Below the pieces are notes generated by a model, which made no database searches, had not been told where the DNA came from, and saw nothing but the letters and a program-made list of their open reading frames with translations. This document shows, in pieces, positions 40,876 to 52,495 of a stretch of 64,000 bases of DNA (its first letter is position 1; each line of letters starts with the position of its first letter). The position numbers and the translations under genes are program-made. The stretch comes from Lytechinus pictus. Taxonomy: Eukaryota. The stretch is from contig NC_087258.1 of assembly GCF_037042905.1 (NCBI RefSeq), positions 24,924,001 to 24,988,000 on the forward strand, in the 5' to 3' direction.

Positions 40876-41749
40876 ATCCCGCGGCCGCGCGAACCGATGC
40901 GAGGGACCGAATCGACTGAAAGATTTGGGGCATCTTTTTTTTTCTCTCTCTCTCTCTTTCAGCATTGCCGATATTGACATTCATGCGATAACCCAATTAT
41001 CCAGGTTTTTTTTTATTTATTTATTTTTATACATAACGACTTACATATTTAATAGAAAGAGTAGGCCATAACAAGATTATTGTCAACTTATTTTCAATCT
41101 AGAAAAGGGGCTAAAATTAGTAAAGAAATCCGGGAAAGAAATGTCCTGGTTGAATTGATAATAATGATGATGATCACAAATTGCTGTTTTTAATAGCATT
41201 ATTTCACCCTGGTCGATTTTGAGCAACCGAAAAGTTATAAAATGATACATGTATTTTTAACTCGAGCCATACCGGCATCAAATCAAAGAGATTACAAGTC
41301 CAACGAGCAATTTCCGGATATACAAAGATATAGGCTACAGTGCCTTTCCATTCCTTCGAAAGAGTCAGACTAGATGTTTTATAAATTATTTTGAGTTAAT
41401 TAATAACAGGAAACGAGTCACAGATTGATTGGAGGCTCCGATTGTTTACATGACGCATTTATTAATAAGATGATCTATAACAAGACAAAACGATAGGTGT
41501 ATGGGGTGCCGACTGGAGGCTTGGGTTGCCCCATGGATGGACTGTATAATATAGGTTTTGTGCCAATCAGTGTTGCAGTCCGCGGCCATGCTCCAATTTG
41601 TGACCTAGATTACATGCCAACCAAGTGGTTGGGGAGAAACGACTGCAGGGGGGAGGGGCGGTGGAACTAAAAACAAAAGACGAAAAACAAGAAGGCAAGA
41701 AGGAAAATGAAAGGAGTAACGATAAAAAATGAAATCGTTTTATCGATTC

Positions 41750-41890
41750 AATAATGATAATAATAATAATGATAAAGGTATATTTACCCAGGGTAGCCAC
41801 TTCAGTTCCGAAAACTGTTCTCCCAGCGGGCCCTGTTATTATTACCCGGCTAAGCTAGGCTACCTATTTGGTGCACACAGCTTTTTGAAG
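41750..41890 (-). mobile_element. 3' fragment of the same SINE body with a third tail
   Basis: Shares AAAAAGCTGTGTGC...CCTAGCTTAGCCGGGTAAT with the 21719 copy, then a different tail GGGCCCGCTGGGAGAACAG...CCCTGGGTAAATA and (TTA)n. Confidence 0.75.
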
Positions 41891-42028
41891 TCTATAAGAA
41901 AATCAGACTTTATTCTAAAAAGGGTCAGTTTATTTTGCTCACTCGAGTCGCTCGCGACTATTCGGAAATCTTTCCCTGTGCGCATGAGTTCTGTCCCTCA
42001 CATTTTTTTTTTAAATACTCCACTGGGT

Positions 42029-42112
42029 GGACCAATGGCTGCTTGGTGATAGAGCGACCTCCTCCTGGACGGGTGGTCGTGGGTTCGATCCCCCGGTCGA
42101 TCGAGTCATCGT
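42029..42112 (+). mobile_element. Degenerate tRNA-derived SINE head
   Basis: A-box-like TGGCTGCTTGGT followed by B box GGTTCGATCC at about 42082. Confidence 0.5.
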
Positions 42113-42221
42113 GGTCTTAACATTTTTTTTTTCTTTTAATGAGACCTTTTGCCATCTTGCCAGGCGATCGATACATTGGAGTGCATGGATGAGGGAAGTG
42201 ACTTGAGCTAATGTTATTCAG

Positions 42222-42375
42222 CAGGGGCCGCGGAAGCGGGGGGGGGGGGGGGCTGGGGGGCTTCAGCCCCCCCACTTTTTTCCAAAACCGTGTACAAAAA
42301 CGTAAAAGTGACCATATAATTGTGATTTTTTGCATGGTCAGCCCCCCCACTTTGAAAACCGTTCCGCGGCCCCTG
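42222..42375 (+). mobile_element. MITE with CAGGGGCC termini and 5-bp TSD (hAT5-like)
   Basis: TIR CAGGGGCCGCGGAA / TTCCGCGGCCCCTG; TSD TTCAG on both sides. Confidence 0.85.
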
Positions 42376-43319
42376 TTCAGGGCCGTCGGGAATACCAGTT
42401 AATAGTTACAGCGATTAATATTTGTATATATGGGTAGGCCTATAATTATTGCTCGTTATCATCATCATCGTCGTCAACATCATCATCATTATTATGACCG
42501 CCATCATTAGTGTTGTCATCATCATCTCCATAGTCACCACTTAGTATTGTCCTCATATCACGCACAAGTTTTGGAAAGTTTGAGGAAATCGGGCGCTCGA
42601 TCTATTGTGCTGTTCTCTCCTCTAAAACTAAATGACATGATAAATGCAAGACCAACTGGGTTTCCTCTCTTTTAATAAATGATTTTGAAATATTGATTTA
42701 TTGGCATGCTTCACTCTGACTCATGAGGGGTTGTATCGAAGAGGGGAGGGAGATGGCAAGCAAGCCACGATTTTGGCAAGACTTCGGTTCACTAATTCAA
42801 TGAGAATGTCTTCTGTAAGAGTTATGCGAGGGTGATTCTTCCAATTCTTGGTCGTGTTAGCAGCTTGTGTGTTTCTTTACATCTTCTCTGTTTGCCCATG
42901 GACTCACCAACTCTTCATCTATCTCATCATCTTCTCTTTTAACCCTTCTTTTCTCCCCCCCCCCATTATCCCTCCTTAGCTCCGCCCCCTTTTCCTCCTT
43001 CCCTCTCTCCCTCTATAGCCCCCTTTCCCAGAAACGCCAACATTCTAGTAATTTGTTTAAAGGCTATAGAAAAGGGTTGTCGGGATGGGACAGTATCGTC
43101 ACATTTTCCAATACAGTCATTTACAAGTGGGGGAGGGGGGGGGGGGGTAGGGTATTACATTACAATCCATTTTTTTTTTAATACATCCTGCAAAAACAAA
43201 CAAAAAACAAGTGCTTTCTGTCTTTCTCACCCCCCCCCCCCCCCACACTATCACCAGACTCCTCTCTCTCTCTTTCTGTATTCTCGTGACTTTTGTCTGG
43301 AGCTATCAACGTCACACAA

Positions 43320-45313
43320 AGTACAAGTTTAATACAATAGTTGTTTAAAATTAGCATGTGTATTGTATAATTGTTTCATCCATAAACTCAATGAGATAAT
43401 GCACGTGAAGTAATAAAAATAGATTTAAAAAAAAAATGGGCAATTTTGAAGCTGTTGGAGTATTTTAAAAAATAACTTCAAAATTACCTTGATTGTTTAC
43501 TAGTATTCTCAACTGAGTTTTTCTTTGACCTGTCTTCTGTTAGATTCATTACTATTTTACAGATATTCAAAGTTTCAGACTGTCTATATAAATGGAGGAT
43601 TACAGTTCAAACAAGCCTGGACATATTGTGTGTTTTGAACCCCAGCCCAAAAGTGTAGTGTGGCTATCTTTCAATTCTCATTCAATTTCTATTAAAATGT
43701 GACATCTAGGTAACAATGAAACCTTAGTCAGTTGAAAGCCCAAAATGCTCCATTATGGCTAAGAACCTGAGGGCAATAACACTTCAAAAACATTATGATA
43801 ATGAACTCGAAAGAATAAAAAGTGATGAGCTGGGGTGGGGGGGGGGTAGGAGGACAGTGCCAATAACATTTCTGGGAGTTACATAATTTTTGTATAAAAT
43901 ACTAAGACCTGGTTAATTGAAAAGGTTATACATATATATTCATTTTGGTCAGATCTTGAAAAACTAAAAGCATGAGATTTATAATTTTTCAACTATATAA
44001 AAGCCCAATGAAATAATCACTGTCTAAAATAATGTCACTGTCGTTGTATACAAGTAAAGTAGAGTGAGAAAAAAAGAGCAATGTATGTATTTCTAGCATA
44101 AACAGAATTAAGCTCTTGAAGGAACTACCACTTGTAAATTCTACAGCAAGGTCCACATTAATGTCTCCATAGTTGACCTTCATATGTCTAGTCAATGTAC
44201 TTTTTAGACCATCACATGCAAAGAACTGGTATGTATTGTTCACAATCTTCTATTATTAAGGTGGAACACATTGCAATAGACCCAAGAGATAAGACTTGGG
44301 TATATTAATGAGTGTTACTCTTTGGGATGAAAATATGAAATTCAATAACATCTATGTACACATAAAACATACAACTTTTGTTGTGTTAATAGAGTAATGA
44401 ATGAGAGGAGGGAGAAATAGAGCAGCATTCATGCAATTGGTGGAAAGAAATATTGTCATTGGTAAACCAAACTTTGAAATCATCTTGGCACTCATCTTTG
44501 ATCATCCATATAACACTTATTCAATAACTCTTAATCTAAGGGCCAGAAACTCTATAACTCCAAAAGTAAATCACATCCTTTTTCATGAGAACATACATGG
44601 TTTTCCCTCTATCAACCACAAGGCAATACCCCTTTTCTTGACTTAGGAGTAGAATATAAAACCTTTGTTTTGTAAGGGGAAGGGGGTATTCTACCCTTTT
44701 CTGCGAAAGTGTAGACTCAAGTAATAACTTGATATTAGAGTATTTTTTAAACAAAGATTGTAGATATTATGCAGTAATCAAGAATATGAATCCATGGTTA
44801 TTTCACATATATAGTTCATGTTGACATCACTGAAATTGACTTTGCCTGTGGATGGCGCAAACATCATAACAGAAATTTGACAAAAATAAATGTCTCTGGC
44901 ACCGCCTAAATGGGTGGAGGCATAAAAATTCACTATCAATCTGCCTGCTAAAACTCTGGAGCTTAATCAAAACGCCTTTATAATCATTACTGACTGTCCA
45001 AGCTCGTATCTCCACAGATTTCTTGACAAAAATAGGCCCCACTGGTCGCATGGTCTTATGTCTTTTTTTTCAAATGGTCAGATACTGACTGTTCAAGCTG
45101 CAATGTGTATCTCCTTTCATTTCTTGACCAGAGAAGTCAGACTGGTTGCATGGTCTCATGTCCAGTTTCAAATGGTCAGATTAAGAAACCTAACTGACCA
45201 GTCAAGCTGCTACCTCCTTTATTTTCTTGATCATAATAGGCCACACTGGTCAAATGGTCTTTTGTCCAGTTTCTATTTGTCAGATTGACGAACCCTACTG
45301 CCTGGTCAAGCTG
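43320..45313 (-). other. EXOSC10: Putative EXOSC10 3' UTR
   Basis: Follows the stop codon. Candidate minus-strand poly(A) signals: AATAAA at 45218-45223 and ATTAAA at 43328-43333. The true end is not determined. Confidence 0.4.
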
Positions 45314-45340
45314 CTATCTCCTTTGATTTCTTGGCCAGTG
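44988..45340 (-). repeat. Diverged tandem repeat of about 100 bp (about 3.5 units) overlapping the EXOSC10 stop codon
   Basis: The anchor CAAGCT..TAYCTCC..ATTT(T)CTTG recurs near 44996, 45092, 45201 and 45305. Confidence 0.8.
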
Positions 45341-45365
45341 ACCCCTCGAACCTCTGTTTCCACCA
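45314..45365 (-). CDS. EXOSC10: EXOSC10 terminal coding exon with stop codon
   Basis: cccatacAG|T in phase 2. Encodes (G)GGNRGSRGHWPRNQRR* with TAG at 45316-45314, cf. human GFRYNWPQR*. Confidence 0.85.
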
Positions 45366-45422
45366 CTGTATGGGCGATAAAATGGGAAAAAAGGTTATTA
45401 CATACAAAGAAGGAATTTCATA

Positions 45423-45589
45423 TAGAGTAAAACCTGTCTATTTAAAGGTCACTAGAGGGAAAAAGAAAAAGTGGCCACTATTAACAGGTGGCCTTTAAGT
45501 CTGAAGACACTTTAATGTGGTAGACAATTTTGGTGGCCACTAAAGACAGTTTTTACTATAAAATGGCCACTGAGACAGGTTTGACTGAA
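45423..45589. mobile_element. Tc1/pogo-like MITE
   Basis: AGTAAAACCTGTCT / AGACAGGTTTGACT ends with internal TGGCCACT repeats. Confidence 0.6.
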
Positions 45590-45647
45590 ATGAGATGTAA
45601 AAGAAAAGGTGGACTCGTTACATTAACCTCCCACTCCTGTGGACTGA

Positions 45648-46108
45648 GACACTGTTCTTATTATACTTTCTAAAACTAGTTCACTGGAAATCGGTTCAGG
45701 AAACCAGTTTGGAAGATCGCTTTACCAGCGTTCCCATTTGATCAGCCGAAAGTGATTTTCAAAACCACTTAACGTAAAGTGGCCTTGTTGCTACGGGAGT
45801 ATGGGAACGCTCTCAGAGGGGGGTGACATGTTTTGCGTAAAATTTGAAGCTGCAGCATAGACATTCTACACACAGTGTGTGGAGTAGCGCAATCAAAACA
45901 TGTGCAAAGATCGCTTCCCGAAGAACGGTTGTGTCCTCACTTACGCTAAAACCAGTTTCATGAGGCAAAGCGATCTTGAAAACTACATCGCGAGGTGGTT
46001 TTCCGAACTGGTTTGGAAGATCGCTTCCAAGACAACTTCGACCGTTCTCATTACACGTTAAACTAGTTTCCAGTAAACTAGTTTTAGGGTGGCAATGAGA
46101 ACGGGGTC
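45648..46108. mobile_element. MITE in the last EXOSC10 intron
   Basis: GACACTGTTCTTATT..CTAAAACTAGTT / AACTAGTTTTAG..AATGAGAACGGGGTC; internal GAAGATCGCTT repeats. Confidence 0.7.
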
Positions 46109-47568
46109 ATAGCCTCATTTATGCTCCAGTCACATAAATGATTCCAACTCTAGTCAGACCAAAACTGCATACATTATTTCCAATGACATATCATTGGTTG
46201 ATTTGGCTGGATATCACTGGTATGACTAGAGCACAAAACATTATTATTTCTTTTTATTTTCGGGGCTACTTTTCACAACTTATCTGCCTTATTAACTGGG
46301 TAAGCTTTAAAGGTAAAATACAATTTTTGCAGCAAACAATTATTTCATGAGGTCTTTAAAATTAAGGTTGTCAAAATATTATCATATACATGTATCTAGA
46401 TCTGGTACATTAATGTAAACTTATCTTTGTACATGTAAAATCATGAAAACTTCTGACAATCACTAACATAGAAACGCATATGTGGGACACTGTATTAATT
46501 AGTATTGCTTCGAAAAATACCCAACATTTGATGGAATTCCGTGCTTATTTTGCTCATTTCTCAGCAATTAAGCATTTTCTTCCAGGAGCTATTTGGCACA
46601 TATTTCTTTTATTTATACATACAAACACTTTGGTGATAATTTCATCGGATTCTGTTTGAACTCATTTTGAGATTGTTACCACAACTGGTAGAATTTATCT
46701 TTAAAATTGCGATAAATGGAGATTTACCAAGGCTCTTTTTTTTAGTTTCCAAGGATCATTTGAGAATTTCAAGGGCTGAATCACCCCCAGCCCTCATATC
46801 TTTTTTTTCCTGCTGTAGCACTACTATGATTGGAAAGTGAAACCAATGAGAATTTTATCAATGTGTACTCCACTAATTTTAATCAAATTTGATAAATCTA
46901 CTACGATTTGCTTGATCAATTTCACTCTTTATTCAAATCAACTCGATCTTCGGGCGGACTACCCTTTCAAGTGTGACAAACAAGATCGCATTTCACAAAA
47001 CACGGTTTCAGTAACGACTGATAACATGACAGATATGCTCTCGGCCAATCAAACAGCTACAAATTAAGGAGAAACCTTGGATCGAGATCATTGACTAACA
47101 AAATACTTTTTTACGAGATGGGGTCAGTAGAACTCTGCACTTTCTGACACTTGGCTTTTATTTCGCAAGTACACCATTTATTGTTACCAGGACAATTCTC
47201 AAGACTTCTCATTGACCCAGAAATCGAGGAGAAGATTTAGATGTACATACCAGGCGGATAAGTCAACCTTCGTATCTATTTTCATCCTTAGGAAGCCCGA
47301 GTAGTATCATGTTTCATGATGGCATTGTATTCTAAGCTATATGTATGTCACCTCAAGAAGTTCATTTCCATAATATTCGGATTCTGACAGTCCAAACAGG
47401 GTAGTCACTGACTAGTCAGTGTGCCGTCATTATAGCAGTTTGTTCTCAGTCAGCCAATCAGAAGCTGCCAAATTTCAGAGGCTTTTAATGAAATACATGT
47501 ATGATATCACTTAAACAATCCTTGATACACATTACTAAGAAGGCTGGCACCACTTTATATTCACAGAC

Positions 47569-47928
47569 CAGGAGTCCCAGCTTTTCAAGGAAACAAAATT
47601 CCCTGACTTTTCCCGGATGAAGTTATTCCCTACTAATCATTTTAACCCATTCCCAGTTGTGCATGTTTTATAAGTTGTTACAGTAAATTACATGTATTTT
47701 CAGAATAAAAATAATAATGTAAAACTAATTAGTACCACCATAACCAGTCATTAAATGGATGTTGTTTTGATATGCGACAAAATATAACAGAGTCTGACTG
47801 ACTACTGTGCTTTTGTCTTTTGGGCTGATCAAAATTCCCTGATTTTCCCCCTCTTTAGAGATATTTTTAAATCAAATTCCCTGACTGGAAAAAGTAAAAT
47901 AATTTTCCCTGATGGGCTGGGAACCCTG
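47569..47928. mobile_element. MITE with CAGG..CCCTG ends
   Basis: CAGGAGTCCCAGC / GCTGGGAACCCTG; repeated TTCCCTGA motifs. Confidence 0.6.
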
Positions 47929-49869
47929 AAGACCTGTGTATTTACACCCTACTTTGTCACATGAAATTTAATTGATTGATTCCATTTCATTAAAAGTCAA
48001 TCATACTTTCTCCATTATTTTTTTTTCTTTATTTTGAGGACCTCTCTTTTCTCTTTCAGTGCCAATGACAACTATACTTGACTGCCATAATTCAACAAAT
48101 CACTCAGTCACTTTTAGCTAATATTGTTTAATAGATATTGTTGAAAAACTGTAGATTTTGTGAAAAGATCTGTTCTCATTTTAGTATAAAACAAAACTTA
48201 ACAAATGAAAAAAGATAGGATAAATAGGGAAGCTTCTATCATATTCATTTAAAAATCAAAGGAAATATTTGTAGCTTCTCTGCAAATATTGTGTACAACA
48301 TGTCTGTATAGAAATTACAGCTTAAGATTTAAGGGCATTTTAAAAGCAATCTCTGTTAATTTGGTAGAACTTGCAAACAAGAAAAACTCCAGGGGTTCAC
48401 AACAGATTTCAGAAGCATCTTTTTTTTACGATCCCACCTCTAGACATAATTAGCAGTATTGCACCGTTTTACATTACCCTGAAATGGCTTCATAACACGT
48501 CATTAAAAATATTCTTTTCATCATATGCTTTTATCTTCTGCCATTAAATATTATAATTATGGTGTCGCTGCTGGGATCAACCGCAATAATCACCTTTTAC
48601 CCTCTGGTATATTCTTTTTATTAATCATAAAACAACATTTTGAAGTCTACAGAAGTAGGGTAATACTAATTAGGGAATTTTATGACCTGCTAAATTCAAG
48701 CCTGGAGCTTTACGCCGAGTGATTACAAAGTTATGGTCACTCTTTTCATTTTCACAATGTTAATATTACAACATGTATAATACACTCAAAGAAATATGAG
48801 GAAAAAATATGGTTTACCAAAAAACAAAATCAACCAAAAGTTGATTTGGATAAAAAGTAAATAATCAAGCAAAAATAAACACTGAATTTTTTTTAATCAA
48901 AAGTGGATGGAAACAATTATAGTGTCATATTTCAAAGTTTTGCTAAATTCACAAAAAAGTAATAGTAATATAATAAATAAAAATAAAAATACAGTAATAA
49001 CAAGGATATTTTTACCAATAACTATAAACAAAAACAATTACATAACATTGACTGGCCTTGAGGGGAACATAAAATATGTCGCCCGCAACAGAATCATATT
49101 GGCCCGAATCTTTAGACGAGGGCAATATGGTTCTTTTAAGGGCAACATATTTGATGTTACCCCAAAGAAGAGCCAGTCAATATTATTATTATTACCTAAG
49201 GCTGTACAATGTGTAATTCAAGCTTTTATTTGGAACAATTTATAGGCCTGTTTTCTTATCACTACTTCTGGTGTCAGGTTATTCACGAACTTAGCGAAGT
49301 AACCATTAACATTTTAATAAGCGATTGTGACATAAATTGTTACCTGGCAGTCGCGCATCATGAATGGCGCGCACATACACTTAACGAGTAGAAATCTATA
49401 GTGCGTTGGCTCATAAACTGGTTCTAGCCAGATTTTTCAAATACTGAAATTAGCGATTAAAATCTGCTCATACTGCGCAAGCGCATTAGCAAAAATATGG
49501 CCAATATTGCCCTCTCTTTTGTACAGGATTCCTATGGGCAAAGCCCGAGGAGGGCAACATGGCAAATGTTTACCTAGTTGGTCTCGGATTGAAAGTAGCG
49601 AGCGAAATATGACTTCTATTTATCTGCTAAAATGCCTTGTTCAGGTAATAATGCAACATATCAAGCATTCAAACATCTTTAACTATTTAAGAATGATGAT
49701 AATTGTTTTTTTTTTTTAAATTAAACGCTATCATCAACAGCCTGCATTACGCGATTTAATAAAACAGCAGTGCTGAATTTGAAAATGACTAATTATTCTT
49801 AATAGACATCATTCATATGAAAATAAAATACTTTGTTCATTGACTTGTGCAAAGACGATCAGCGATACT

Positions 49870-50152
49870 TGATTACCCTATATCCATGTTTCATGAACTA
49901 GATACATAAACTTTCAAATTTATGATGCCAATTTACAAAAAATACCAACATGTCCAAGTTCTTTGACCTTAAATGACCTTTGACCTTGGTTCCATGACCT
50001 AAACCTCAAACAGGATATTCAGTAACTATGTCCAAGTTTAAAAAACTAGGTCCATATACTTTCCTTTGGTTAAGATTTCAACGTTGACGATGCCGCCGTA
50101 ATCGGAAAAGCGGCGCCTATAGTCTCGCTCTGTTATGCAGGCGAGACAAAAA
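49870..50152 (+). mobile_element. Helitron/Helentron-associated non-autonomous element, 3' part
   Basis: TGACCTTTGACC core and terminal hairpin GTCTCGC-TCTGTTATGCAG-GCGAGAC followed by an A run. Classification is inferred from the architecture. Confidence 0.55.
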
Positions 50153-50320
50153 CTGTAAATTGAGATAAATAAAAACCTTTTTAAACATTAAGTGGAAAGT
50201 AAGGCAAGATAAAATACAGGCACACAAACTAAGAATGTTGGTTATGGAATCACATTGCCTATGTGGGAGAATCCATAATCAAAATAGAAACAATTTTTTT
50301 TTTTCAAAAAGAAGACATAC

Positions 50321-50394
50321 CCTCGGTTGCTATGGTGTTTAGTGTAAGTCATGCTTCGACCTCCATCCTGGTGAACCTTGGGGCGGGGATGACC
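50321..50394 (-). CDS. EXOSC10: EXOSC10 penultimate coding exon
   Basis: ttttcAG|GGT ... CGAGG|GTATGT, 74 nt. GHPRPKVHQDGGRSMTYTKHHSNRG, cf. human VGNKSMSFPTGKSDRG. Confidence 0.85.
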
Positions 50395-50529
50395 CTGAAA
50401 ATGAAAACAAGATAAATTGAAAATAGTCAGATTATGAACTCGATTTGAGACTAGAAACATCCTAAATGACTGAACACTGGAAAAAAATTTGAAACATCAT
50501 ACCACCGAACAATTTTTTCGCACTTAAAT

Positions 50530-51680
50530 CCTCTTGAACACCAAACAGTCGTTTGACACCTCATATATCATTGAACACTGAATAATCTTTTGACATCTCA
50601 TATCCACTGAATATCCACTGAACCTCAATATCACATAGAACACCAAACAATCTTTTGACACCTCATTAACTTGTTGAACACAGAACAATTTTTTGACACC
50701 TCATATCCCGATGAACAGTTAAACTTTTAACACCTCATATCCAATTGAACACTTAACAATCTTTTGACATCTCATATCCCATTGAAGACAGAATAATCAT
50801 TTGACACCTTATATCCCATTGAAGACAGAACAATCATTTGACACCTTATATCACATTGAAGACAGAACAAATCTGTTGACACCTAGGCTCACGTCACACT
50901 GAAGACAGAACAATATTTTGACACCTTATATCCCATTGAAGACAGAACAATCATTTGACACCTTATATCACATTGAAGACGAAACAAATCTGTTGACACC
51001 TAGGCTCACGTCACACTGAAGACAGAACAATATTTTGACACCTTATATCCCATTGAAGACAGAACAATCATTTGACACCTTATATCACATTGAAGACAGA
51101 ACAAATCTGTTGACACCTAGGCTCACGTCACACTGAAGACAGAACAATATCTTGACACCTTATATCCCATTGAAGACAGAACAATCATTTGACACCTTAT
51201 ATCACATTGAAGACGAAACAAATCTGTTGACACCTAGGCTCACGTCACACTGAAGACAGAACAATATTTTGACACCTTATATCCCATTGAAGACAGAACA
51301 ATCATTTGACACCTTATATCACATTGAAGACGAAACAAATCTGTTGACACCTAGGCTCACGTCACACTGAACAATATTTTGACACCTCATATCATATATT
51401 GAAGACAGAATAAATCTTTTGACACCTTATATCACATTGAAAACAGAACAATATTTTTGACACCTCATATCCATTGAACACAGAACAATATCTTGACACC
51501 TCATATCCAATTGAACACTGAACAATATCTTGACACCTTATATCACATTGAACACTGAACAATTTTGGGGGTTCTGACACCTCATATCCCATTGTACACA
51601 GAACAATATATTGACACCTCATATCCAATTGAACACTGAACAATATCTTGACACCTCATATCACATTGAACACTGAACAT
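50530..51680. repeat. Intronic minisatellite of about 37-42-bp monomers with a central 117-bp higher-order repeat
   Basis: Monomer approx. GACACCTYATATCMCATTGAASACWGAACAAT(T)n. The variant GACACCTAGGCTCACGTCACACTGAA recurs at 50878, 50995, 51112, 51229 and 51346 (period 117). Confidence 0.92.
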
Positions 51681-51784
51681 TTTACAAAGTGGAAGCTTGC
51701 AGCAATCCAAAAGTTGAATACAAAGCTGCAGCCAAGTATTACCATTTCATGAAAACTTAAAACTGAGGATTACAATGGATATCA

Positions 51785-52060
51785 AGGCCCTGTCTTGCAA
51801 AGAGATGCAATCGATCCGATCAACCTCAACTATGGAAAGCCAGCAACGTCAACATCTAAAATGCATGTTTATTCAAAAAAATTTCCAGACATGATGTAGT
51901 CATACATGTACATTCATCGTTTTCTTGAAAATTCAGGGAGCTTTTCTTTGCTTTCAAAGGACATTGTGTAAATTTCCTGGAGAAAAAATTATGACGTTGT
52001 TAGATTTCCAAATACTTTAGGTTGATCGGATCAATCATAACTCTTTGTAAGACGGGGCCC
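51785..52060. mobile_element. MITE family with GATTGATCCGATCAA subterminal motif (other copies at about 14565-14820 and 61451-61778)
   Basis: Ends GGCCCTGTCTTGCAAAAGAG / CTCTTTGTAAGACGGGGCCC; same internal sequence in three places. Confidence 0.75.
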
Positions 52061-52082
52061 TGGTATGGTTGAATGATCTCAC

Positions 52083-52162
52083 CTTCGAATGACCTCTATG
52101 ACCTCTTTGACCTCTGTCACGACCTCGGTGTCCTCTTCCTCTTCCTCTGGAATGCTGGGATT
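52083..52162 (-). CDS. EXOSC10: EXOSC10 RG/His-rich exon
   Basis: ttctttattaAG|AA ... AAG|GTGAGA, 80 nt. Phase 1 in and 0 out exactly bridges the flanking exons. Encodes ESQHSRGRGRGHRGRDRGQRGHRGHSK. Confidence 0.8.
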
Positions 52163-52495
52163 CTTAATAAAGAAAATCAGGACATGAAGGAGAAACAGTG
52201 ATTAGATTTTTACAAATCCTTCTTTTTTTAAACAAACATTTATACAAAATATGGTGCAGACACTCTAAAAATTCCAGTGTTTCACCTAAAAAATGACAGT
52301 AAATGATAATCCACAGTTTTTGGTAATACAGAGAATTTTCAAGAATGTTCAAGTGTACAACGGAACATGAGATTAAATTTCAAAGAGGCATCTGATAGGA
52401 AAAACAAGAGGAAGGGGCAGAGAACGATATGAAGGGGGGGGGTGGGAAGAGTGGAATGTAAGGGGCTGCATAAATTCTGGATAACATCTGGGTAC

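Noticed and set aside
48405-48527. Possible intronic C/D snoRNA on the minus strand (ATGATGA...CTGA)
   Set aside because: No terminal stem or recognisable rRNA guide; the motifs are expected by chance in AT-rich DNA.
50530-51680. CRISPR-like array of ~37-bp repeats
   Set aside because: Monomers are contiguous with no unique spacers, there are no cas genes, and it lies in a eukaryotic intron; it is a minisatellite.
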